Shown here: piece by piece, positions 34,626 to 45,400 of the stretch | Layout of the letters: each line of letters opens with the position of its first letter | Numbering within the stretch: the stretch's first letter is position 1 | IMG/VR virus record: IMGVR_UViG_3300030085_003139 | Span: 1 to 59,661 of that record | Strand: one strand, 5' to 3' | From: a virus | Taxonomy: Duplodnaviria > Caudoviricetes | Length of the DNA stretch: 59,661 nucleotides | Notes under the pieces: model-generated | Told to the model about the DNA's origin: nothing | The model's input: only the letters and a program-made list of their open reading frames with translations | Databases searched by the model: none | Translations under genes and position numbers: made by a program

Positions 34626-36505
34626 TGCCATATATAGGTAATCAACCGGGAACAGGTGTAAGAAGCCGTTTTATCTATACAGCGACTGCCTCCCAGACCA
34701 CGTTCTCAGGGGCTGACGATAACAGCAAAACGCTGAAGTACGCAGATTCTGCATACGTTGACGTATTTTTAAATGGAATCTGTCTCGTGCCGGGAACAGA
34801 CTACACCGCCAGTACAAAGACCAGTATCGTATTGACCCAAGCTGCTTCGTTAAATGACACCTTAGAAGTGGTTGCGTATGATATAGCGTCAATGGATGAC
34901 TCTATTTCAAAGTCTAGTGGTGGGACGTTTGAAGCTGATATCGGTGTAAGCAATACTTCTCCTGATCTTACTTTTACAAATAGTACGTCTGAGGATACGG
35001 ACGGAGGCCGAGAGTCTACCATTACCTTTAAGGGTAAACAATCTGGTAGTGAAGAGAGTACGTTAGCTCAAATTCAAGCAAGCCATGACGGTACATCGGA
35101 TGATGAAAAAGGCGATTTGATATTTAGAACTAATGATGGTTCTGATGGCAATAGTCCAACTGAGGCTATGAGAATTGATAGTGCAGGACGTACTATTATT
35201 GGTCATACTGATGGAACCGATGGTTCACTTTCTGCTGAGTTTAAACTTCAGTTATTAGGAACAGATTATACAACTAGCGGTATAGGTTTAGCTAGATTTG
35301 AAAATGGTGTTAACGCTTCTACAATCACTTTACATAAAAGTAGAGGAGCTTCTATCGGAGATGATACTGTTGTTCAAGATGATGACGAGTTAGGAAGGTT
35401 TCGTTTTTTTGGTAACGATGGCACGGACTTTGCGGAAGGAGCAAGAATAACAGCAAGAGTAAATGGTACACCCGGAAGTAATGATATGCCAAGTGAATTG
35501 GTTTTTTCAACAACTCCTGATGGCGCACAAACTCCAGTTGAACGTATGACTATAGATAATGGCGGTCATACTTTTTTTACTTTGGGAACAAATGCAATGG
35601 GTTCCTTTTCAGATAATATTAGTGAAGTTGGAACAGGTAATTTTTGTTTTCAAGTTGCAAACTCTTCTGCGGCTGCACTAAAGCCATTGGGTATTAGAGC
35701 CGAAGATATTCGTTTTGCTATTGGGTCAGCAGAACGTATGCGTATTGCTGATACAGGTACTCTTGGTCTTAAAGCAAGTGCAGACAATATGCTTCTTGAT
35801 CGTGGTGCAGTTAACGTAAATCATATCCAAGAGGCTAGTGGCGGTGAGTTTACTAATCCACATATTGCTCTTAATTTGGGTTCAAGTCCAACTAATAATA
35901 GTTCTGTTTGTATGATTTCATATGCTACTAGTGACTCTGATAATTATGGTTATACTGTTGGAAGTAAACGATCAAGCGCAGGTAATGGTAGTTTTCTTAT
36001 TAATCACCACGTAAATGATGCATCTGGAACAACCAGACTTTCAATCAATGGTAGTGGAAGTTTGAATGTAATGGGTGTTTATAATGATACAACCACGTCA
36101 AGTGCGAATGTTAATGTTGCTTCTGATGGTCATATTAGAAGAGTTGTTTCATCTAGGCGTTATAAAAATACAATCAATGATGCCACACATGGTTTAGCAG
36201 AATTGTTAACACTTCGTTCTGTTACCTACAAAGGTAATAATGAAGATTTTGTGGTAGGCGGTTTGATTGCTGAAGAAGTGCATGATGCAGGATTAACAGA
36301 GTTTGTTGAGTATGATGATGATGGTGAACCAGATTCATTAGCATACAGCAATATGGTATCTTTGTGCATTAAAGCTATTCAAGAACAGCAAGCTACAATT
36401 ACTGCTCAAGCAACAAAAATTGAAACATTAGAAACCCAAAACACAACCCAAGCAACACAGATAGCTGACCTCATAACCAGAGTAGAAGCATTGGAGGCAG
36501 AATAA
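34625..36505 (+). CDS. Tail fibre with C-terminal intramolecular chaperone (peptidase S74)
   Basis: SSRRYKNTI...GLIAEEV...KAIQEQQ followed by a coiled coil. Confidence 0.8.
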   Translation: MPYIGNQPGTGVRSRFIYTATASQTTFSGADDNSKTLKYADSAYVDVFLNGICLVPGTDYTASTKTSIVLTQAASLNDTLEVVAYDIASMDDSISKSSGGTFEADIGVSNTSPDLTFTNSTSEDTDGGRESTITFKGKQSGSEESTLAQIQASHDGTSDDEKGDLIFRTNDGSDGNSPTEAMRIDSAGRTIIGHTDGTDGSLSAEFKLQLLGTDYTTSGIGLARFENGVNASTITLHKSRGASIGDDTVVQDDDELGRFRFFGNDGTDFAEGARITARVNGTPGSNDMPSELVFSTTPDGAQTPVERMTIDNGGHTFFTLGTNAMGSFSDNISEVGTGNFCFQVANSSAAALKPLGIRAEDIRFAIGSAERMRIADTGTLGLKASADNMLLDRGAVNVNHIQEASGGEFTNPHIALNLGSSPTNNSSVCMISYATSDSDNYGYTVGSKRSSAGNGSFLINHHVNDASGTTRLSINGSGSLNVMGVYNDTTTSSANVNVASDGHIRRVVSSRRYKNTINDATHGLAELLTLRSVTYKGNNEDFVVGGLIAEEVHDAGLTEFVEYDDDGEPDSLAYSNMVSLCIKAIQEQQATITAQATKIETLETQNTTQATQIADLITRVEALEAE

Positions 36506-37590
36506 TGGCAGTATCAAGAATCAACGAAGCTGGCCTCAACGTTAACCAGTATGGGAACAGGAACCTCGTAATTAATGGAGCGATGCAGGTGGCGCAAAGA
36601 GGTACTTCGTTTGCTAGTGTATCATCAGGTGAAGCATATACTGTTGACAGGTTTGGTAGATATATAAATGCAGCAGGAACTTGGACTATTACCCAATCAA
36701 CAGACACACCTACTGGGCAAGGATTTGCAAGCTCAATTAAATTTGATTGCACAACAGCCAACGGAAGTTTAGCTGCTAATTCAGAGTATTTGTTTTTCCA
36801 AAGATTTGAGGGTCAGGACTTACAAAGATTAAAAAAAGGAACTGCAAATGCAGAAAAAGTAACTTTATCGTTTTGGGTAAAGTCGGCTAAAACAGGTACT
36901 TATATTACAGAGCTTTACGATAATAATAATTCAAGACATATAAGCAGAGCATACACAATTAGTTCTGCTAACACTTGGGAAAAGAAAGAACTTACCTTTG
37001 ATGGTGATACAACAGGTGCAATAACAAACAATACAGCAACTTCGATCCAATTAAACTTCTTTCTTGCTAATGGTTCTAACTGGCAGTCAGGTACTTTACA
37101 AACTTCGTGGGGTGCAAACACTCAAGCTAATAGAGCTGTTGGTCAAGTTAATCTAGCTGATAGCACAAGTAATGATTGGTATTTAACAGGCGTCCAACTC
37201 GAAGTAGGCGACACCGCCACGGACTTTGAGCATCGGTCATTTGGGGATGAGTTGGCTAGGTGTCAGAGGTATTGTGTTGATTTAACGCCCACTTCTGCTC
37301 CTTATATACCCGGAACAGGGGCTGTGCCGCATAATAATACTGCTGTTGCTGTAACTCATGTAGCTTTACCAGTAACAATGAGAGCCTCACCCTCAGTTAG
37401 TATTACTACTGCTAGTGATTATTCTCTTTATGATGGCACTACATTTACTTGTAACGCTGTCGCTGTAAATGGTTTAAGCGCGAATGGTGGTGGTATTAAT
37501 TTTGGTGTTGCTAGTGGTTTGACGGCAAGGTCAGCCGTTGGGATTTACACAAATGGCGATAAAAGAACTTTGATTATTGCGGAGTTATAA
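36505..37590 (+). CDS. Tail fibre/carbohydrate-binding-type protein, paralog B
   Basis: Colinear with 33355..34449. Confidence 0.72.
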   Translation: MAVSRINEAGLNVNQYGNRNLVINGAMQVAQRGTSFASVSSGEAYTVDRFGRYINAAGTWTITQSTDTPTGQGFASSIKFDCTTANGSLAANSEYLFFQRFEGQDLQRLKKGTANAEKVTLSFWVKSAKTGTYITELYDNNNSRHISRAYTISSANTWEKKELTFDGDTTGAITNNTATSIQLNFFLANGSNWQSGTLQTSWGANTQANRAVGQVNLADSTSNDWYLTGVQLEVGDTATDFEHRSFGDELARCQRYCVDLTPTSAPYIPGTGAVPHNNTAVAVTHVALPVTMRASPSVSITTASDYSLYDGTTFTCNAVAVNGLSANGGGINFGVASGLTARSAVGIYTNGDKRTLIIAEL

Positions 37591-37592
37591 TT

Positions 37593-37772
37593 ATGAATAT
37601 TACTAGTGCAAAATATATAGCTGATATTATCACAGGCGAAAATTCTTGTATTAATGTTGTTTTAAGTGACGATACTTTAATGTCCGTTCCCCTTGACCCA
37701 AACAATCGCCACTATCAAGCCATCCTCGAATGGGCAGAAGAAGACGGCAACGAGATCCAAGCAGCGGAGTAA
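37593..37772 (+). CDS. Small fibre-associated protein, paralog B (59 aa, not in ORF track)
   Basis: MNITSAKY...VPLDPNNRHYQAILEW...GNEIQAAE. Confidence 0.65.
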   Translation: MNITSAKYIADIITGENSCINVVLSDDTLMSVPLDPNNRHYQAILEWAEEDGNEIQAAE

Positions 37773-37778
37773 TGTTAC

Positions 37779-39647
37779 ATGCCACTAAGCAAACTCCAGT
37801 TCAAGCCGGGAATCAACCGAGAAGGCACCAACTATTCTAACGAAGGTGGTTGGTTTGACGGAGATAAGATCCGTTTTAAGTCTGGCTATGTGGAGCGTAT
37901 TGGTGGCTGGCAAAAGATAGCAACAACCACGTTTCAAGGTAGTTGTCGCAACATGCTGGACTTTGTTACGCTTGCTTCAGAAAACTTTTTGTTTATGGGT
38001 ACGCACGAAAAAGCGTACCTTGAGGACGGTGGAACTTACTATGACATAACCCCGATCCGTACGACCTTGACCCTTGGATCTAATCCTGTTGCAACGGGCA
38101 CCGCAGGATCTGGTATTATTACCGTAACGGCTAATTCGCATGGTGGATCTGCTGGGGGCTATGTTACTCTTGCGGGTGCTACGGCTGTAGACGGCATTAC
38201 AGCGGATGAAATAAATCAAAACTTTGAGATTTTGACAGTACCTAACGCCAATACTTTTACTGTAGATACAGGAGGCTCAGCTTCTTCTGGATCAACATCA
38301 GGCGGCGGAAGCTCTGTTACCGCAGCTATGGAGATAGATGTTGGTCTTAACACCACGCTTCTTGGTAATGGTTGGGGCGCAGGGACATGGGGTCGTTTTA
38401 CTTGGAGCTCTGGCGCGGGGTCGCTGGCAGGGCAAAACCTTCGTCTTTGGAAATCGGACTCTTGGGGCGAGGATTTGGTGGCAAATATCGTAGATGGAAG
38501 CATTTACTATTGGGACGCTACAAATGGTAAAACAACTAGAATGGTTGAGTTGAGCTCACTAGCTGGTGCATCCGATGTCCCCACAACCACGCGTCAAGTT
38601 ATGGTATCAGACACAGATCGTCATGTCTTGTGCTTTGGTGCTAATCCCATAGGCAGTGCTACGTTTGACCCATTATTAATTAGATGGTCTAGTCAGGAAA
38701 GCGTAACAGATTGGACACCCACGGCCACGAATACTGCTGGCGATATACGGTTGTCTCAAGGTTCTGAAATTGTCTCGGCTATCAGAACAACACGTCAAAT
38801 CCTTGTTTTTACAGAAAATAGTTTACACAGTGTACAGTTTATAGGACCGCCGTTCACTTTTGGTACGGCGATTCTTGGTACGAATGTGCGTATCGCAGGT
38901 CCGAATACAGGTATAAGTGTAAACGATTTGGTATTTTGGATGGGTCAAGAAAACTTTTATGTTTATGATGGTCGAATTAACCCTATACCGTGCAGCGTAA
39001 GACAATATGTTTTTGACGACATGAATAGAAACCAGTCCTTTAAGTTTTTTGCTGGAAGCTTATCCAGTAACTCAGAAGTTTGGTGGTTTTATTGTTCTGG
39101 AAGTAGTTCCGAAATAGATCGGTACGTTATATATAACTACTTAGAGCAGGTTTGGTATTATGGAACGCTTGCTAGAACCGCTTGGAATGACAGAGCGTCA
39201 GGATCTCGTTTATTTCCACAAGCGCCCGGCACAGACGGTGTGTTGTACAACCACGAAAATGGTTTGGATGACGGTAGTGTTAATCCTGCGGTTCCTATAA
39301 ATGCCTTTGTTCAGTCGTCTGATTTTGATATTGGCGACGGTCAACAATTTATGTTGGTTAATAGAGTAATACCCGACCTTAACTTTTCTGATTCCACGGC
39401 CACCGCGCCACAAGTAACCTTAACAATGGGCTCTCGTAACTACAATGGAAGCGCAGCAGGGCAGGGGACACAAAGCGGGGACGTTATAAGAAGTTCTGTT
39501 GTTTCGGGTAAGGATAATTACACTGATCAAGTTTTCATGCGGTTAAGAGGGCGACAAGTTAATTTAAAAGTTGAGAGCAACACAACAGGCGTACAATGGA
39601 GGCTGGGTGCACCTAGATTAGATGCACGACCAGACGGGCGCCGATGA
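37779..39647 (+). CDS. Tail nozzle/packaged-DNA stabilization protein (P22 gp10-like)
   Basis: Beta-rich 622 aa, IRWSSQE, ends PDGRR; precedes the internal proteins. Confidence 0.6.
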   Translation: MPLSKLQFKPGINREGTNYSNEGGWFDGDKIRFKSGYVERIGGWQKIATTTFQGSCRNMLDFVTLASENFLFMGTHEKAYLEDGGTYYDITPIRTTLTLGSNPVATGTAGSGIITVTANSHGGSAGGYVTLAGATAVDGITADEINQNFEILTVPNANTFTVDTGGSASSGSTSGGGSSVTAAMEIDVGLNTTLLGNGWGAGTWGRFTWSSGAGSLAGQNLRLWKSDSWGEDLVANIVDGSIYYWDATNGKTTRMVELSSLAGASDVPTTTRQVMVSDTDRHVLCFGANPIGSATFDPLLIRWSSQESVTDWTPTATNTAGDIRLSQGSEIVSAIRTTRQILVFTENSLHSVQFIGPPFTFGTAILGTNVRIAGPNTGISVNDLVFWMGQENFYVYDGRINPIPCSVRQYVFDDMNRNQSFKFFAGSLSSNSEVWWFYCSGSSSEIDRYVIYNYLEQVWYYGTLARTAWNDRASGSRLFPQAPGTDGVLYNHENGLDDGSVNPAVPINAFVQSSDFDIGDGQQFMLVNRVIPDLNFSDSTATAPQVTLTMGSRNYNGSAAGQGTQSGDVIRSSVVSGKDNYTDQVFMRLRGRQVNLKVESNTTGVQWRLGAPRLDARPDGRR

Positions 39648-39928
39648 GTAGAAAGATTGTTCGATCTATTATTCCTATTGCTCCACCGCAATACGACTCT
39701 GCCTACGTAAACCAGTTAGCTAGGTCATTAGACAATTTTATAGATGAAACAAGAAACCCTCTTTTAAACATACCAAATATGCCAAACGTAAGTGCGGTGA
39801 GCGTTTTGGAAGAAGGCGATCTTTTTGAAGACAATGGTTTTGTTAAGATTAAACGTGCAAGTTCAACAGTTGCAGCAACAAATGTTGGCACATCAGCAGT
39901 AGGAACAGTAACAGTGGTGATTTCATGA
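39644..39928 (+). CDS. Hypothetical virion protein
   Basis: ATGA overlap. Confidence 0.6.
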   Translation: MSRKIVRSIIPIAPPQYDSAYVNQLARSLDNFIDETRNPLLNIPNMPNVSAVSVLEEGDLFEDNGFVKIKRASSTVAATNVGTSAVGTVTVVIS

Positions 39929-40149
39929 CAGATATTCTTATTATGCCTGACGGTAGTAGGTGGAAACCTTCGACAAGTTCTGATACAGTGGAATGTGTAA
40001 ACTGTAGTAACGAAGTAGATACACCAGAAGAAATAGCTTCTTATCCAGATGGAAATTGCCCAGATTGCGGAGAGTCATGGACAGGAAGCGAAAAGCGGAG
40101 TACAATAATAATTGTTACTATGCCAGAACAAATGTCAGGAGATAGTTGA
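39925..40149 (+). CDS. Zinc-ribbon protein
   Basis: CVNC and CPDC. Confidence 0.6.
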   Translation: MTDILIMPDGSRWKPSTSSDTVECVNCSNEVDTPEEIASYPDGNCPDCGESWTGSEKRSTIIIVTMPEQMSGDS

Positions 40150-41570
40150 TGGCGGCTGTTGATGTAGTTGATTTACCAGACGGGGGTTTAGCGTCTTTCC
40201 TTACCTCTAATTTAGATGAGCTCGATGATCGTGCTCTAGCGTTTGGACGTCAAGGCGGTTTAAATTCTTTTGGCGATGTTGCGCAACAAATGGTTTCTTT
40301 CGGTAGAAACGGTGATGACAAACTTATTCATGCTAAAACAGGTGAGTTGGTGGTGTCTCCTGAGATACTGCAAGAAAACCCTGAGCTTGTAGAAAAACTT
40401 GCAGAAAGTTTTCAGAATTCTGACGTTGACATGGCGCGGTATATCGTAGGTAACGACAACAACAGCATTAACCCTTTTACTGGACAGCCAGAATTCTTTT
40501 TTAAGAAAATTGTATCGGGTGTTAAGAAGCTCGCAAAAAAAGCTTTTAATGTTGTTAAGAAAATTGCTCCTGTAATCTTACCTTTTGCAATTAATGCCAT
40601 AGCGCCGGGTTTAGGATCCGTGGCCTCTGGTGCGTTGGGCGCGGGTCTCGGATCATTAATACAGGGCAAGAGTGTTAAGGATAGTCTTAAATCTGCTTTA
40701 ATCGGCGGGGCAATAGGTGGTTTGACGGCTGGTTTTAAAGGAATGACTATGGAGGGCGGATCTTTTGGGGAGGGCTTTCGACAGTTTGGTATGCCGAAAG
40801 GCATGCTTGGCGGAACGGGCGAACCAATTATTGGTGGTAAACTTGCTGAACAAGTAGCCGACCAAGCTGCGGGGCAGGGCTCTGGTTTCTTGGGCAATGC
40901 TGTAGAAAATACAGTTCAATCAGGAAAAGATTTTTATAACTACTTAATGCCAGACGCATCTTCTTTGCAGCAGGCTAACTATGAAGCGGCTCAGAAAGCA
41001 ATGGGCGCAGATGCTTTTGAAGCGTTAAGTTCTTCGGATAAATTGGCGTTATTTCAAGACTCCGCGCCTACTTTTATGCAGCAGTACGGTAAGGCAGCGG
41101 CGGCTGCTGGCGCAGGGGCTGCGGCTCTTGGTGCTTTTGATCCACCCGAACAGGACGAATTGAATGTTGCAGGTTATGATCCTGACGATACAGCCGAAAA
41201 ACGACTGGAAGAAAACAAAGAAAAATATAGTGTGGGGGTAGCGGGTGCACCGACATATTTAACTATTGATGATGTGATGGTTGAGCAACCTCCTTTTAGT
41301 ATTGCTTCAAATTACTTATACCAACCACTTATGGCTATTCCGCCTGTAAGAGCTGCGGCGGGTGGTGAGATGGAAAAGTTTCCTCGGCGCTCAGGAGCTA
41401 TCGCAGGTGCAGGTACAGAAACCTCGGACGACGTGCCTGCGATGCTCTCTGACGGTGAATTTGTAATGACAGCTCGCGCCGTTCGTGGTTTAGGTAACGG
41501 AAGCAGAAAAGCGGGTATCAAGAAAATGTACGATCTGATGTCAAGATTTGAAGGAGGAGTACGAGCATGA
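40146..41570 (+). CDS. Putative internal virion/ejection protein
   Basis: INPFTGQPEFF, Gly/Ala hydrophobic stretch, SDDVPAMLSDGEFV. Confidence 0.6.
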   Translation: MMAAVDVVDLPDGGLASFLTSNLDELDDRALAFGRQGGLNSFGDVAQQMVSFGRNGDDKLIHAKTGELVVSPEILQENPELVEKLAESFQNSDVDMARYIVGNDNNSINPFTGQPEFFFKKIVSGVKKLAKKAFNVVKKIAPVILPFAINAIAPGLGSVASGALGAGLGSLIQGKSVKDSLKSALIGGAIGGLTAGFKGMTMEGGSFGEGFRQFGMPKGMLGGTGEPIIGGKLAEQVADQAAGQGSGFLGNAVENTVQSGKDFYNYLMPDASSLQQANYEAAQKAMGADAFEALSSSDKLALFQDSAPTFMQQYGKAAAAAGAGAAALGAFDPPEQDELNVAGYDPDDTAEKRLEENKEKYSVGVAGAPTYLTIDDVMVEQPPFSIASNYLYQPLMAIPPVRAAAGGEMEKFPRRSGAIAGAGTETSDDVPAMLSDGEFVMTARAVRGLGNGSRKAGIKKMYDLMSRFEGGVRA

Positions 41571-42481
41571 GCACAACAACCTCCATACAGATTGCAAAGC
41601 AAGATCCCGCAATTGAAGCCTATCGTCTAGGCTTACTTGGTGACGTACAACAGTTTACCAGAGACCGTATAGCAGCAGGCACACAAATGCCTGATTATCA
41701 GGTTGCAGGGCTTTCCCCAAACGAGCAGCGTGCAATTTCTGGTGCTCAAGCAGGTGTTGGAGCTTACCGTCCTTTTATTCAACAGGGGTCGGGCGCCATT
41801 GGTGCAGGCATTGGTAGTTTGACAGGCGCTGCTTCTGAGTTTAATCCAATGACCAGAATAGGTGGTTATTTTAATCCCTATGAAAATGTTGCAGTGCAGC
41901 AAGCTTTGTCAGACATTGGCAGGCAGGGGCAGATCCAACAGAACCAAGCCGCAGCTCGCGCTGTGGGTGCAGGCGCTTTTGGTGGAAGCCGAGAAGGAAT
42001 AGAAAGAGCCGAAATAGGCCGTAATATATTAGAACAACAAGGCAGGACTGCTGCACAAATGCGCGCAGCAGGTTATCAACAGGCACAGCAAGCCGCCATG
42101 CAAGGCTTTGAAAATGCTAGGCAAAGGCAGCTACAGGGCTCCCAGTTGATGGGGCAATTGGGAGTCCAACAAGCAGGATTAGGTGAAATACTTCAGAATC
42201 TGCAAGGGTCTGACCTACAAAACCTAATGGCTACAGGCGGACTAGATCGAGGCGTTCGACAGGCAGGATTGGACGCGTTACGTTTAACTAATCTGCAAAG
42301 ATACACTCAACCCTATCAACAGTATGGCTTTTTGTCTGACATTTATTCAGGCACGCCCACTGGGTCATCTACCTTGACTGCTGCGAGTGCACCACAAGTT
42401 TCACCATTTCAGACAGCCATTGGTTTAGGTATACAAGGTTTGTCCGCCGCCGCAGGCGCTAACAGAGCGGGGTTATTTTAA
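41567..42481 (+). CDS. Putative internal virion/DNA-transfer protein
   Basis: Gln/Ala/Gly-rich, AGAFGGSR. Confidence 0.6.
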   Translation: MSTTTSIQIAKQDPAIEAYRLGLLGDVQQFTRDRIAAGTQMPDYQVAGLSPNEQRAISGAQAGVGAYRPFIQQGSGAIGAGIGSLTGAASEFNPMTRIGGYFNPYENVAVQQALSDIGRQGQIQQNQAAARAVGAGAFGGSREGIERAEIGRNILEQQGRTAAQMRAAGYQQAQQAAMQGFENARQRQLQGSQLMGQLGVQQAGLGEILQNLQGSDLQNLMATGGLDRGVRQAGLDALRLTNLQRYTQPYQQYGFLSDIYSGTPTGSSTLTAASAPQVSPFQTAIGLGIQGLSAAAGANRAGLF

Positions 42482-42482
42482 A

Positions 42483-45400
42483 ATGAATGTACCTTCTAAA
42501 TTCAAAGGCTTCTCCAAGCTACCTGAGAGCGTTCAGCAAAAGATGAGCCCTGAGCTGGCTGAAAAGTACAATATGGGTGGCGCCGTAATGGATCGTCCCT
42601 TGTTCAGACAAATGGGCGGCGACGTAGCGCCCGTGCCTCCCGCACCAGCAATGCCAGAAGCAGCGGCGGAGGGGATTATGTCCGCTGAAATGGGCATGAG
42701 AGATAAAGCGCAAATGATGGCGCAAGATTATTTGGCAAATACAGAACAGCGCTTAGACATGGCGGAATCTCCTGAAGAGGTCATCAACGCTATACGTGGT
42801 AATGATCGCCCTGTAGAAGACCGATACAGAGAATTAGCAATGTATGTTGGCGAACAAGACGCCATGCAAACCCCAGAGTCTGTTTTGGCAATGGTGCAAC
42901 CTACCTTAATGCTGACAGAAGAAGGCGCTTTGGACAGCGGTATTGGCGATCTGGTCAAAAATCTAGCTGGCGATATAGAAATGGAAACATCTGAGGGTGA
43001 TGCTACAGCAATGGGTGGCGGGCTCGGTTCCCTAATGATGGCGGGGGCGGGCAACACTCCACCCGAAAATTTTAGCCAAGGCGGAGCCGTCCGCCTAGCA
43101 AACGGCGGCGAAGTCAGACCTTACTACGACGCAAGGTTACCAATATATCAGGAAATAATGGGCGGTGGAGACGACGCTAAGCGCATGTCTCAAGCACAAG
43201 CCCTCTTTGCTATCTCGGATGCGGCGGGACGCTTTGCCTCTGGTGTTGGGGCGCAAGGTCAGGACGTTCGTGGGTTGTCCCCCGCCGCGCAACTTGCAGC
43301 GGCGACCACGGGTCTTGGTACGCAGCTAGGCGCTATTGGAGCGCAGACAGAGCAATTAGACCGACAAGCGCGGCTCGCGGCGCTTACTGCGGCGGAGTCT
43401 GATTTAGCTAAAGATAAAGCGGCAGCATTGGCAGCGGCCAATCGACCAATTGGTAAGATGTACGAGGCTTTGGATGCCAAGGGAAACATTATCGCAACGC
43501 AACCGCTATCGACACAAAGCGATTATGACGCTTTTCAAAAAGCAAATCCTAATGCTCGCATAAGAGAAAAAGTGCCTCCAAAAGGCGCGTCTATGAAAAC
43601 AATGATCAACCTTAATGATCCAACTCAAATTATTGCCGTCGATGTAAACAATGCAGAGGATTATAAGTCGGCTGTAGGAGCTGGTTTTGTCGATTTGATG
43701 GACGCAAAATCAATAGACGACTTTAGGAACCCAGATGTTCAACAAATTAATTTATATAGCAAAGATGGTGTAGTCACTTTTGATTTATCAAAACCAAAAG
43801 AACGTGAAAGGTATGACAAATTAAGAACTCAAGACGGCTATTCTGGTGATCCAACGCTCTTCAAGACACAAATTGCAGAGAAGTCACAAATGAAAGTTTT
43901 CAAGCAGCAAGAAGAAATTAAGGTTGCTAACCAAATTGAAGCCGAACTTAGGGCGAGAGGCTATAGAATTGAAGATGAGGATCGTGCAGAGCTGAAAAAA
44001 ATTGCAGCAGAAGAAAGAGCTCAAGGTTATAAGCTCACTAACGACGAACGAGCAGAACGTTTTCAGATTGCTAAAGAAGAAAGAGCCAAAGCAGACGAAA
44101 TTGAAAGAGAACTAAGGCAGTTAGATACTACGCTTGCAGCCGAAGAAAGATTGTTAAAACGAACGCTCGATGCAGAAGATCGAGAAGTTTTACGAGAGAT
44201 AGCAGCAGAAGAACGCGCTCTTAATAGGACGCTTAGCGCAGAAGAGCGTGCGCAACGTTATCAGGAACTTAAAGAAGATCGCGCGGAAGAACGTGATATA
44301 GCCCAAGAATTAAGACAACAAGGGTATATTGAAGCCGCAGAGGATAGAGACTTTGTAAGAGAACTTGCTAGAGAAGAGCGAGCGCTCGAAAGAGATCTGA
44401 GCAAGGAAGAGCGTCAGCAAAAATATCTTATCTCTAAAGAAGAGCGCGAAGTGGCAAGAACCATTGAAGCCGAACTTAGGCAAGAGGGTTATACGGTTAA
44501 AGCAGAAGACAGAGCTTTCCTTAGACAACTTGCCAAAGAAGAGCGCGAGTTGAACAAAGAGCTTAGTGCCGAAGAGCGTAAGAAAAAGTACGACGAATAT
44601 CTATACAACCGTGACAGAGCGGATGCCGATACTGTTATGTATGAATTGGATGACGGTACTACGAAAGTTGTTCGAAAAGGCTCAGATGAAGAAGATGCAA
44701 TACTTGCAGCAGGCGGAGCCAAATTAGTTTCTAAGACAAAATCAGACCGCAGCCTCCTAGAAGATACGGAATTAATGAGTCGATATGCAAGCGGGGACGA
44801 AACGCTAGACCCTGATACAGTGGCGCAAATTCAACGTGCTATCAACGATTATATTAAACCACAACCGGGTGCTACCGTAAGCACTCCTGTACCACCTCTC
44901 GTGGAAAATGCCGAAAAATTAAGATCTAGTTTAGGGCTCTCAACTACAATTCGTTTCCCGCCGCCACAACCAATTTCTACAGCAGATAATTCTGCATTAG
45001 AAAAATTTGGAGGAGCTGCGTTTGGTACAGGTGCATTCTTTAGAAATATGGTAAACCTTGGCGTTGGACTGCTCGATATTAATGCCCCCGCAGAACAGAC
45101 GGAAACCGCCTTAACAGAGCTGAATACGCTAAATGAAAGTGCTAAAATAGCTTTTAGAAATATTGTGCCGGGCAGATCACAGGAAGCAGTCAACCAGTTT
45201 GCTACAACCCTCCCTCAAGGCAAGGCTCTTACAGGCACAAGACAAAAAGCCTCTAAGGAAGTTCAGGCTTTAATAACTTTATTTAGAAGAGAAGTAGATA
45301 AAGCTCAGCAAGATCTCACTACAATTGTTTCGCCGAGTGAGCGTGCCTCCGCAGAAAATGCTATTCTTCAATCAGAAGCAATTATTCAAGCTTACGAAGC

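Noticed and set aside
33355-37590. Diversity-generating retroelement or invertase-switched fibres
   Set aside because: No reverse transcriptase or recombinase; the paralogs are in direct orientation and the differences are not adenine-specific
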